Assembly: GCA_026395995.1 (NCBI GenBank) | Contig: JAPLXQ010000013.1 | Span: 1 to 52,041 of the forward strand | Length of the DNA: 52,041 bases | From: Candidatus Nomurabacteria bacterium | GTDB taxonomy: Bacteria > Patescibacteriota > Minisyncoccia > Phycocordibacterales > UBA9973 | Direction of reading: 5' to 3' | Part shown: positions 43,824 through 52,041 of the stretch, one piece after another | Layout of the letters: every line of letters starts with the position of its first letter | Position numbering within the stretch: the first letter of the stretch is position 1 | Translations under genes and position numbers: made by a program | The notes under the pieces: generated by a model | What the model was told of the DNA's origin: nothing | Databases searched by the model: none | What the model saw: the letters and a program-made list of their open reading frames with translations, nothing else

Positions 43824-45134
43824 TTACTTTATGAATTCTTTTCCACCCATATATTTTCTGAGTACTTCCGGGATTTTTATTGAGCCATCAGCCTGCTGAT
43901 AGTTTTCTATAATACCTATCAGTACACGTCCAATAGCCACAACAGTAGCATCATTCATATGTACATGTTCTATTTTTCCATCACTTCTACGAACTCTAGT
44001 ATTCAAACGACGTGCCTGGAAACCTCCAGTAGAATCAGAGCTATGTGTTTCTCTGTATTTGTTTTGACCAGGCATCCAAGTTTCTATATCGATTTGGCGA
44101 CTATCAGGAAAACCCATATCACCAGTACAAACAGAAATAACTTGGTAAGGTAAGTTTAAAGTTTTTAATACATATTCTTGAATAGCAACAAGGAAGTTTT
44201 GTTCTTGCATTGAATTTTCTGGTAATGAGAAAACCTCCATTTCTAATTTATCAAATTGATGTTGACGCAAAATTCCATTTGTATCTTTCCCTGCTGTTCC
44301 CGCTTCACGTCTAAATGCAGTAGAATATCCTGCATAGCGAACAGGCAATTCATTCTCTTCAAAGATTTTATCCATATGCATAGAACCAAGAGTATGTTCT
44401 GCACTACCAATAAGCATTAAATCATCATTTGGAAACATATAATGATCTTCTGGCTTCATTAAACGCGCCATTTTTAATTGTGCATTAGGTCTAATAAAAA
44501 CAGGAGGTATTACAGGAATAAAACTATTTATATTTATTGTAATTCCTGCATCGTCTGCAATTTTTTTAAGAGTTTCTTTATTGGTTAACATCTCTAAACA
44601 CATTTGAATGATTCCAAACTGCAACAAAACTAAATCTCCTTTTAAATATGCAAAACGAGAACCAGCAACTTCTCCAGCAGTTTCAGTATCTATTATTCCT
44701 AAATCTTTACCGAGTTCAAAATGTTCTTTTGGTGTAAAATCAAAAACTGTTTTTTCTCCCCATGTTCTTATTACTTGATTTCCACTTTCATCAGAACCTT
44801 CTGGTGTATCAACTGATGGAATATTTGGAATAGCGAGCATTATTTTTTGCCATTCAACAATTATTTCTTTCAATTTTTCTTCTTTAGCTTTTATTTCATC
44901 TTTTACAATACGCATTTCTTCAATGAGTTGCACTTTCAAAGCTGAATCTTGGTCGCGTCCGATATCATTGGAAACTCTGTTTATTTCAGTACGTAATTGC
45001 TCTACTTCTTTCAAGATTACCAAACGCTCATCGTCAAGAGCTATAAGCTTTTCAATATCAATATCCACATGCTTTTTTACAGCACCAGCTTGAACTATCT
45101 CCTTATTTTCACGAATGAACTTTATATCTAACAT
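43824..45134 (-). CDS. serS: Serine--tRNA ligase
   Basis: MLDIKFIREN, IPNIP, FRREAG, GILRQHQFDKLE, DIETWMP and IIENYQ..DGS motifs. Confidence 0.97.
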   Translation of the reverse strand: MLDIKFIRENKEIVQAGAVKKHVDIDIEKLIALDDERLVILKEVEQLRTEINRVSNDIGRDQDSALKVQLIEEMRIVKDEIKAKEEKLKEIIVEWQKIMLAIPNIPSVDTPEGSDESGNQVIRTWGEKTVFDFTPKEHFELGKDLGIIDTETAGEVAGSRFAYLKGDLVLLQFGIIQMCLEMLTNKETLKKIADDAGITININSFIPVIPPVFIRPNAQLKMARLMKPEDHYMFPNDDLMLIGSAEHTLGSMHMDKIFEENELPVRYAGYSTAFRREAGTAGKDTNGILRQHQFDKLEMEVFSLPENSMQEQNFLVAIQEYVLKTLNLPYQVISVCTGDMGFPDSRQIDIETWMPGQNKYRETHSSDSTGGFQARRLNTRVRRSDGKIEHVHMNDATVVAIGRVLIGIIENYQQADGSIKIPEVLRKYMGGKEFIK

Positions 45135-45174
45135 ACTTTACATTATAGTATGAAAATTATTATAATTCAAATAT

Positions 45175-46041
45175 ATGAAATTCGATTTACGGATTTTAGA
45201 AAAAGAAAATATTCCTAAAAGCTTATTAGAAATTCCTCAACCGCCGAAGAAATTATATTTAGCCGGTAACTTACCAGATGAAGACACCATCTGCCTAGCT
45301 GTCGTCGGCTCTAGAAAATGCACGACTTACGGAAAAGATGTCGTAAAAAAATTAATTTCAGGATTAAAGGGCTACCCTATTGCAATAGTATCTGGACTCG
45401 CTGTAGGTATAGATGTGATAGCTCATCAATGTGCAATTCAAAATGGTTTACAGGCTGTCGCATTTTTAGGAAATGGAATTTCAAAAGAAGTTTTTTATCC
45501 ATCTTCAAACTGGAATTTTGCTGAAGAAATAGTAGCTTCAGGTGGATGTCTTATTTCAGAATTTCCACCAGAAAGGAAAGCAGAGATTTATCATTTCCCA
45601 ATGCGTAATCGCCTCGTAGCTGGAATTTCAAAAGCGGTCTTAATAATAGAAGCAGAAGAAAAATCTGGCACATTGGTGACAGCTAGAATGGCTCTCGACT
45701 ACAATCGTGAAGTACTCGCTGTACCAGGAAATATAAATTCTCCAAATTCAAAAGGAACAAACAAATTAATTCGAGAAGGTGCGACACCTATCACTTGCAG
45801 TGAAGATATTTTATCTGCTCTAGGTTTTGAAAAAGAAGATGATGAAGAAAAACAAATGAAACTTTTTGAAGATTTATCACCAGAAGAAAAAATAGTGGTA
45901 GATTTATTGCGTGAACCAATCGAGAGAGATGAATTGATTCGACTGATGAAAATGCCAACCCAAAAAGCCAATTCTATTTTATCAATCATGGAAATAAAAG
46001 GTTTAATAAAAGAAGAACTCGGAGAAATAAGACTCGGCTAA
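45175..46041 (+). CDS. dprA: DNA-protecting protein DprA
   Basis: AVVGSR, IVSGLAVGID, FPMRNRLVAG, SGTL.TA, AVPG and GTNKLI..GA motifs. Confidence 0.96.
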   Translation: MKFDLRILEKENIPKSLLEIPQPPKKLYLAGNLPDEDTICLAVVGSRKCTTYGKDVVKKLISGLKGYPIAIVSGLAVGIDVIAHQCAIQNGLQAVAFLGNGISKEVFYPSSNWNFAEEIVASGGCLISEFPPERKAEIYHFPMRNRLVAGISKAVLIIEAEEKSGTLVTARMALDYNREVLAVPGNINSPNSKGTNKLIREGATPITCSEDILSALGFEKEDDEEKQMKLFEDLSPEEKIVVDLLREPIERDELIRLMKMPTQKANSILSIMEIKGLIKEELGEIRLG

Positions 46042-49000
46042 TTTTTTCCGCAAGAATTATTTATCAAAGATATAGTCAATGGTCCTACCAATCCATCAGC
46101 TGGAGTGCCGAGGAATTTTTGCATTCTCATAATTGCACTTCTAGTAACAGGACCAATTATGCCGTCTACTTTACCTGAAGCAAAACCAAGTCGATTTAAA
46201 TGTTTTTGAAGCTTGTCTGCTTCCCTGACAATTCCTTTTGTATACGAATTATATTTTCCATTTCTACTTCCCGCTTTTAGATTTTGAGTAATAATTAATT
46301 CCGGTGCGCATTTCCCTGGAGCACCGAGAACTGGTGCTGTCGGTATTATAGGTGAGTATTTACAAAGTAATGGATTACTAGCTACAAATTGACTGTAGTT
46401 TAATGCCTTTGGATCTGTACAACCATATGTTGGATATCCACCATTTGGATGTTTAGTTTCAACTACAACAATTGGTATCAATTCAAAATTTGCAGTTACT
46501 GAAATATCTCCAATCACATTTGTATCAGTTCTAGGATTTTGAATAGAACTATCTGACCAATTTAGAAATCTATAACCTTCATTTGGTATTGCTTCTACTG
46601 CTGTACCACTACCATTATAAGATATATTTATTTGAGTCTTATCACCAGATATACTTCCATTTGAATCAGAAGTATATGAAAGATTATGACAACCAATTCC
46701 AGTATCATTAATAGTCCAACCCCAATTACTTTCTATAAACGCACGCTGAGTAGTCGAAGAACAATATTTACTATTACCTGCATCGAACGTCACAGTTTCT
46801 TGCAATAATTCTGCGGACCAAGATGATAATAATGCATCATAATTAGTAATAGATAGAGTGTCCCCAGTAAACATATCTGTCATATTTGTAACAGCTGAAA
46901 CATTCCAACTACTTATATCTTGATCAAAAGCTGTATCGTTTCGAAACATACTACTCATATTTGAAACATTGAGTGTATTTGTACCCCAAGTCAAAGGTTG
47001 GTCACCATTATTAAATTTTGTTGCACTATAAAACATTGAATCCATATTCCAAACATTCCCAACATTCCATAGATGAATATCTTGATTGAAAGCTGGATCG
47101 TTTTCAAACATATAACCCATATTATTAACATTCGAAACATCCCAACTACTTATATCTTGATTAAATGACATTGCACTTTGAAACATTCCATACATATTTT
47201 GAATAGTACTAACATCCCAGCTATTATTTATACCTTCATTTACCTTTGTGGCATTTAAAAACATATAGCTAGTGTCTGTAGCCATAGATAAATCAGGAGC
47301 TCCAGCAGATGCATCAATAATTAAATTATTGCAACCAGCAAAAGCTGCTTGCATTGAAATCCAACGAATTCCTCCCCATCGATCGACAGAAATTATTTTT
47401 TCAGGATTTACAGCTTCGTTAAAAAATATTTGTGGAAAACTATCTACTGTCTCTGGTGTAATAGAAACATGATAATCTCCAGCTAAATCATAAGTATGAG
47501 TAGCATCACCAGTATAGACAGTAGCGTCAGAAGTTCCATCCCCCCAATCAACCATATAACTATAACCACTGCCAGTAGTAGGAATAGTAATAGATTCTAA
47601 ATCAGATGTAGTTCTCCATGTTGTATTAAAAGTCGGTATTAAATTAAAAATAGCTTCAGTAGTGACATCACCTGCGACATTTTTATCAGTACGACTAGGA
47701 TTAGTGTCTGAATTGTCAGACCATTTACTAAATGAATATCCGAAATATGGAACAGCCGTAACATTGCTACCACTTCCACCGTCAGCTACTGTTTGTGGAC
47801 TATCACCACTGATAGTTCCATTAGCTCCTGCTGTATATGTAAGTGTATGACTGACAACGGGAGCAAGGTCAAAAGCAGTAAAATCTATTACCGTTGTTCC
47901 ATTTATTTTTGAAAAAAGACCACCAGCATAGAGTATAGAACTACTAGTAAGATAAAGAGTGTTTACCGTACTACCAGTCACGCCAGGATTAAAATCAGTA
48001 TTGAGAGACCCATCAGCAGTTTTTATAGAAGCAAGATGATTTCTGTCTCCAGCTGGAACACCTCCAAAATTAGTAAAATCTCCACCGACATAAAGAGCAG
48101 ATCCATCAGAGCTTATAGCCAATGCCTTTACTGGAGCATCTGCTTTTGGATCAAAACTTGGGTTCAGAGTTCCATCAGCTAATTTTATTGAAGCAAGATA
48201 ATTTCTAGTACAAGTGGCTCCGCAAGTAATAGATCCAACATTTGTAAAATTTCCACCGAGATATAAAGTAGAATTAGTACTATCTAAAACTATAGAATAA
48301 ACCTTGTCATTCACATTGGGGTCAAAAGTTGTAACTTTACCATAGTTAGGTGTTCCAAATTTAGAATCTAATGCTGCAATATTATTTCTATTTGTTCCAC
48401 CATTTAATTTAGAAAAACTTCCACCAAGATACAAGGTATGTTGATCACTACTAAAAGCTAAAGCATGTACTTCTGTGCCAGTAGCATCAGGATTGAAAGA
48501 TGAAACAGTAACACCATCAGTAGGAAGACCATTAGCAATTACTGCACCAATAATTTTTCTTGAAGTAGCACTATGGTCTAGTGTTGTAAAATCTCCACCG
48601 ACATAAAGATAGCCATCACTTGATAAAAGAAGTGCACGAACTTTTCCATCAGCAAAAATATTAAAATTAAAAGTAGTATTAACTGAGCTATCACCAGTTT
48701 TTATTTTAGCAAGATATGTAGTTGGTGTTGTTCCCATATTTAAAAAATCTCCACCGACATAAATATTACTACCAGTGGCATCTAAAGCTAAAGCACGAAC
48801 AGTAGCATCAGGACTAGGATCAAAAGGCAAAAGTGCACCTGTCAAAGCATTAATGGCTGCTATATTATTTCTAGCATTAGACGGCTTTGGTGCACCACCA
48901 TGAGACATTACATGAGTAAAAGTACCTCCAATATAAATTATATTACTAGATGCATCGTAAGCTGTTGCCAACACTTCACCATCTGTCTCTAGTATGTTTG

Positions 49001-49118
49001 AAATAGGATCATTGATACTAGCTAAAGCAATATTAGAAAAATGAAACACAGAAAAAGCTATTATAAAAATCAAGCTAAAAATTTTGAGTTTTTTGCGGAA
49101 GCTCTTCATTGTATACAT
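46038..49118 (-). CDS. Multidomain surface protein: beta-propeller repeats, InlB-B-like repeats, PKD-like domain, DUF285/BspA-like repeats, C-terminal peptidoglycan-binding domain
   Basis: About seven LYVGG.F repeats; two LTY....NG.ISG...Q...F..WSD...NP.RTD.NV units; VDWGDGT; FNQDISSWDVS.V.NM..MF repeats; LQKHLN..G...DGIIGP.T. Confidence 0.88.
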   Translation of the reverse strand: MYTMKSFRKKLKIFSLIFIIAFSVFHFSNIALASINDPISNILETDGEVLATAYDASSNIIYIGGTFTHVMSHGGAPKPSNARNNIAAINALTGALLPFDPSPDATVRALALDATGSNIYVGGDFLNMGTTPTTYLAKIKTGDSSVNTTFNFNIFADGKVRALLLSSDGYLYVGGDFTTLDHSATSRKIIGAVIANGLPTDGVTVSSFNPDATGTEVHALAFSSDQHTLYLGGSFSKLNGGTNRNNIAALDSKFGTPNYGKVTTFDPNVNDKVYSIVLDSTNSTLYLGGNFTNVGSITCGATCTRNYLASIKLADGTLNPSFDPKADAPVKALAISSDGSALYVGGDFTNFGGVPAGDRNHLASIKTADGSLNTDFNPGVTGSTVNTLYLTSSSILYAGGLFSKINGTTVIDFTAFDLAPVVSHTLTYTAGANGTISGDSPQTVADGGSGSNVTAVPYFGYSFSKWSDNSDTNPSRTDKNVAGDVTTEAIFNLIPTFNTTWRTTSDLESITIPTTGSGYSYMVDWGDGTSDATVYTGDATHTYDLAGDYHVSITPETVDSFPQIFFNEAVNPEKIISVDRWGGIRWISMQAAFAGCNNLIIDASAGAPDLSMATDTSYMFLNATKVNEGINNSWDVSTIQNMYGMFQSAMSFNQDISSWDVSNVNNMGYMFENDPAFNQDIHLWNVGNVWNMDSMFYSATKFNNGDQPLTWGTNTLNVSNMSSMFRNDTAFDQDISSWNVSAVTNMTDMFTGDTLSITNYDALLSSWSAELLQETVTFDAGNSKYCSSTTQRAFIESNWGWTINDTGIGCHNLSYTSDSNGSISGDKTQINISYNGSGTAVEAIPNEGYRFLNWSDSSIQNPRTDTNVIGDISVTANFELIPIVVVETKHPNGGYPTYGCTDPKALNYSQFVASNPLLCKYSPIIPTAPVLGAPGKCAPELIITQNLKAGSRNGKYNSYTKGIVREADKLQKHLNRLGFASGKVDGIIGPVTRSAIMRMQKFLGTPADGLVGPLTISLINNSCGKN

Positions 49119-49225
49119 TATACACTATAATATGCCGTAGCACCAAGCCAAAAGTGACAAAATTCTGGCTTTATTTTTCAAAGAAATTTGCCAAAAAGTT
49201 TAATCTCGTGTAATACTTAGCAATA

Positions 49226-51484
49226 ATGAAATTATTAATCGTGGAGTCACCAAGTAAAGCAAAGACAATCGAGAAATATCTCGGTGGTGCTTTTACTGTG
49301 CGTGCATCTGTCGGACATGTGCGTGATTTACCAAAATCAAATAAACAAGCTATCGACATCCCTGCTGGATTTGTTCCTCATTATGAAATCTCAAAAGGAA
49401 AAGAAAAAGTAATTCACGAACTCCAAGGCCTCGCAGAAAAAGCGACAGAGATAATGCTCGCGACTGACCCCGACCGTGAAGGAGAAGCAATCTCTTGGCA
49501 CTTGAAAGAAATTCTTGACGCAGATAAAAAAGTTAAAGCTCCGATCAAGCGTGTGACGTTTCACGAAATTACAAAAGAAGCAGTTGAAGAGGCATTGAAA
49601 GAACCACGCGACATCGATGCAAAACTTGTGAAAGCACAAGAAGCTCGTCGAGTACTCGATCGTCTCGTCGGCTATGATCTCTCTGGAATAATTTGGAAGA
49701 AAGTTCGTTACGGACTTTCTGCTGGACGCGTGCAATCTCCTGCTCTCCGAATAATTATGGAACGTGAAAGAGAAATTCGTGCATTCATTCCAGAAAAATA
49801 TTGGGTGCTCGAAGGGCTTTTCAAAACAGAAAAAAAAGTAGAAATAAAATTAACTTGCAACGAAGAACCTCGTGACGAAAAAATTGTTGAGAAGATTTTA
49901 GAAATTGGAAAGAAAGGAAATTGGATTGTCTCTGATGTAAAAGAAAGTGAACAAAAGCGTTCTGCTCGTGCGCCATTTACCACATCGAGTTTGCAACAAA
50001 CAGCCTCTACTCGCCTCGGCTTTTCCCCTTCTCGTACAATGCAAGTTGCGCAAAAGCTTTATGAAGCAGGACATATTACTTATATGCGTACTGACTCTGT
50101 AAACCTTTCAAAGGTTGCTCAAGAACAAATACTAAAACTTGTAGAAAAAAAATATGGCTCTGAATATGTTCAAGCTCAAACATATAAATCAAAGAGTAAA
50201 AATGCTCAAGAAGCTCACGAAGCCGTCCGTCCGACACACGTAGAAAATTTATCCGAAGGTGCAAATGACGAGCAAGTAAAATTGTATAAACTCATTTGGG
50301 AGCGCACTGTGTCTTCACAAATGTCTGACGCCAAACTTTTGAAAACAAAAGTAACTGGAACTGTCCAAAATGCGGACGAGCTTTTTCCGGACTTCTCAGC
50401 AAACGGTTCACGCGTTCTTTTTCCTGGCTGGCTAAAAGTAGATGCTGATGCTCGTGGTGAAGATGTAGAACTTCCTGAAGTGAAAAAAGGAGAAAAATTA
50501 ACTTTGATAAATCTTGAAAGTTTCGGAAAAGAAACTCAGCCACCTGGAAGATACTCTGAAGCCGGTCTCGTGAAAGAACTTGAATCTCGTGACATCGGTC
50601 GCCCTTCAACCTATGCATCTATTATGCGCACAATAGAAGAACGTGGATATGTAACAAAAGAAGGACGAACATTATTCCCTACTGATACAGGTGAAGTCGT
50701 CTCAGATTTCCTAGAACAAAATTTTGCCGAATATATTTCAGACACCTTCACTGCGGGAATGGAAGACCAACTCGATGAAATTTCTCTTGGAAAAAGAGAA
50801 TACTTAAAAACATTAAAAGATTTCTACGGACCATTTTCAAAAGACGTCAAAGAAAAAGACAAATTAGCTAAAGCGACAAATATGGGTGAAGCGCCAGCTG
50901 ATATGCTCTGCCCGACTTGTGGCAGTGCGATGATAATCAAACTCGCAAGAAACGGAAAATTTTATTCTTGTAGTAAATTCCCAGAGTGCAAAGGCGCGCG
51001 AACTCTCGAAGGTTTGGAACTCGAAGGTCCGAAAGATTTGGGACGACCATGTCCTAAATGTGGCACACCAGTCGAAGATTCAGGACTTGATAAAAATGGA
51101 AAGAAAAAAAGAAAGAGCACAAAAGTTCCAGAACTCGGCAAGCTCGTCCTTCGCCAAGGAAAATTTGGCGCATTCGTTTCTTGTTCTCGATATCCAAAAT
51201 GTAAATATATAGAAGAAGACGAAGAAGAAAAGAAAAAGAAAATGTCTGGAGTCGCCTGTCCTGTTTGTAAAAAAGGCGAAATGATGGAACGCCGCGGACG
51301 CTTTGGCATATTCTATTCTTGTTCAAATTATCCTGATTGTAAAAATGCAATCAAAGCAAAACCAACCGGAAATATTTGTCCTATGTGTAATTCTTTAATG
51401 ATGCTCGGAACTAAAACAATTCCTGAACGTTGTTCAAACAACAAATGCCCAAACCACCGCCCAGATAAATTGGAGAAGAAATAA
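49226..51484 (+). CDS. topA: DNA topoisomerase I with C-terminal zinc ribbons
   Basis: IVESPSKAKTI, ATDPDREGEAI, SAGRVQS, ITYMRTDS, AHEAVRPT, GRPSTYA and C4 repeats. Confidence 0.98.
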   Translation: MKLLIVESPSKAKTIEKYLGGAFTVRASVGHVRDLPKSNKQAIDIPAGFVPHYEISKGKEKVIHELQGLAEKATEIMLATDPDREGEAISWHLKEILDADKKVKAPIKRVTFHEITKEAVEEALKEPRDIDAKLVKAQEARRVLDRLVGYDLSGIIWKKVRYGLSAGRVQSPALRIIMEREREIRAFIPEKYWVLEGLFKTEKKVEIKLTCNEEPRDEKIVEKILEIGKKGNWIVSDVKESEQKRSARAPFTTSSLQQTASTRLGFSPSRTMQVAQKLYEAGHITYMRTDSVNLSKVAQEQILKLVEKKYGSEYVQAQTYKSKSKNAQEAHEAVRPTHVENLSEGANDEQVKLYKLIWERTVSSQMSDAKLLKTKVTGTVQNADELFPDFSANGSRVLFPGWLKVDADARGEDVELPEVKKGEKLTLINLESFGKETQPPGRYSEAGLVKELESRDIGRPSTYASIMRTIEERGYVTKEGRTLFPTDTGEVVSDFLEQNFAEYISDTFTAGMEDQLDEISLGKREYLKTLKDFYGPFSKDVKEKDKLAKATNMGEAPADMLCPTCGSAMIIKLARNGKFYSCSKFPECKGARTLEGLELEGPKDLGRPCPKCGTPVEDSGLDKNGKKKRKSTKVPELGKLVLRQGKFGAFVSCSRYPKCKYIEEDEEEKKKKMSGVACPVCKKGEMMERRGRFGIFYSCSNYPDCKNAIKAKPTGNICPMCNSLMMLGTKTIPERCSNNKCPNHRPDKLEKK

Positions 51485-51518
51485 AAAAACCAACCTTACA
51501 GGGTTAGTTTTTAACTAA

Positions 51519-51731
51519 TTATTCTATTCCTAATTCTTTTAATTCTTTTTTAAATTTATTCTTAATAAGAAAAACAATAAAATTACCACTCCAATCAGCC
51601 ATTAAAGCTAACCAGATAACAGTGGGGCAAAAAATTGTTCCACATGGATCTAATCTATATTTAATAGAAATTAAAATAATTATTACAAAAATAGTTGTAA
51701 TAATAAACGGGAAAATAAGTTTTCTTTTCAT
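51519..51731 (-). CDS. Small two-TM hypothetical protein
   Basis: 70-aa hydrophobic ORF. Confidence 0.6.
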   Translation of the reverse strand: MKRKLIFPFIITTIFVIIILISIKYRLDPCGTIFCPTVIWLALMADWSGNFIVFLIKNKFKKELKELGIE

Positions 51732-51795
51732 TTTATTAAAAGTTTAAATTGTTAATACTATTTTCTTTAAATTACCATAAAATACATTATTTAGC

Positions 51796-51826
51796 AAACA
51801 GCTCTAGGTCTTGCCTAGAGCTGTTT
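51796..51826. repeat. REP-like palindrome over the stop codon of the second RAYT
   Basis: AAACAGCTCTAGG-tcttg-CCTAGAGCTGTTT. Confidence 0.65.
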
Positions 51827-52041
51827 ATAATCTAACCATGAAAAAATTTCATTATTAAAATCTTTAGTATTTGGGAAATAATTAGGAAATGATTCTTTGC
51901 TTATTATTTTCCCTTCAGTTCTATATATTCCAAAGTAATCTAAATAACTTGAATGTTCGTAACCTCTTAAGAAATCTAAGGTTTCTTTTTTGTTTCTAAT
52001 TCCCTTCTCTTTCCAATCTTTCTGAATTAACTTTACTGGAT
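51815..52041 (-). CDS. C-terminal part of a probable second RAYT transposase (truncated by the window edge; absent from the ORF track)
   Basis: Manual translation PVKLIQKDWKEKGIRNKKETLDFLRGYEHSSYLDYFG...WLDYKQL*, comparable to the NP...W....Y.WSSY.D tail of the 14771 RAYT. Confidence 0.7.
   Translation of the reverse strand, partial: PVKLIQKDWKEKGIRNKKETLDFLRGYEHSSYLDYFGIYRTEGKIISKESFPNYFPNTKDFNNEIFSWLDYKQL

Noticed and set aside
51060-51140. Lys-rich insertion in a TopA zinc ribbon as another palindromic element
   Set aside because: No inverted repeat visible in the DNA.

Overview
AT-rich bacterial chromosome segment, most likely Patescibacteria/CPR (Parcubacteria-like). This is inferred from 16S signatures, gene content, and scarce Shine-Dalgarno sites with many apparently leaderless genes. 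It starts in the 5' half of a minus-strand 16S rRNA gene. Housekeeping genes include mscL, secG, an ABC substrate-binding protein, rnj, dsbB with a thioredoxin-like partner, rlmB, pnuC-nadR, dnaX, dus, ftsQ, serS, dprA, topA and tRNA-Gln(TTG). The accessory features of most interest are: (1) a 13-kb six-gene surface cluster (2642-aa solenoid protein, a smaller protein with a related C-terminal domain, a DUF916-like membrane protein, a dockerin protein and two cohesin proteins); (2) a stand-alone wHTH/Cas2-like (PaaX-like) gene bracketed by two inverted 36-bp palindromic repeats; (3) two single-gene cassettes behind tRNA-Gln that share a 92-nt structured leader, separated by a structured element ending in a copy of the tRNA 3' end; (4) two RAYT transposases with their own palindromes, one of which lies in frame inside the gene; (5) in-frame palindromic insertions in dus; (6) a zeta toxin with an unannotated small partner, next to a kinase-like gene with WNK-style lysine placement; (7) a G10 tract in a promoter spacer. 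No CRISPR array was found. All family assignments come from motif recognition by eye, not database searches.
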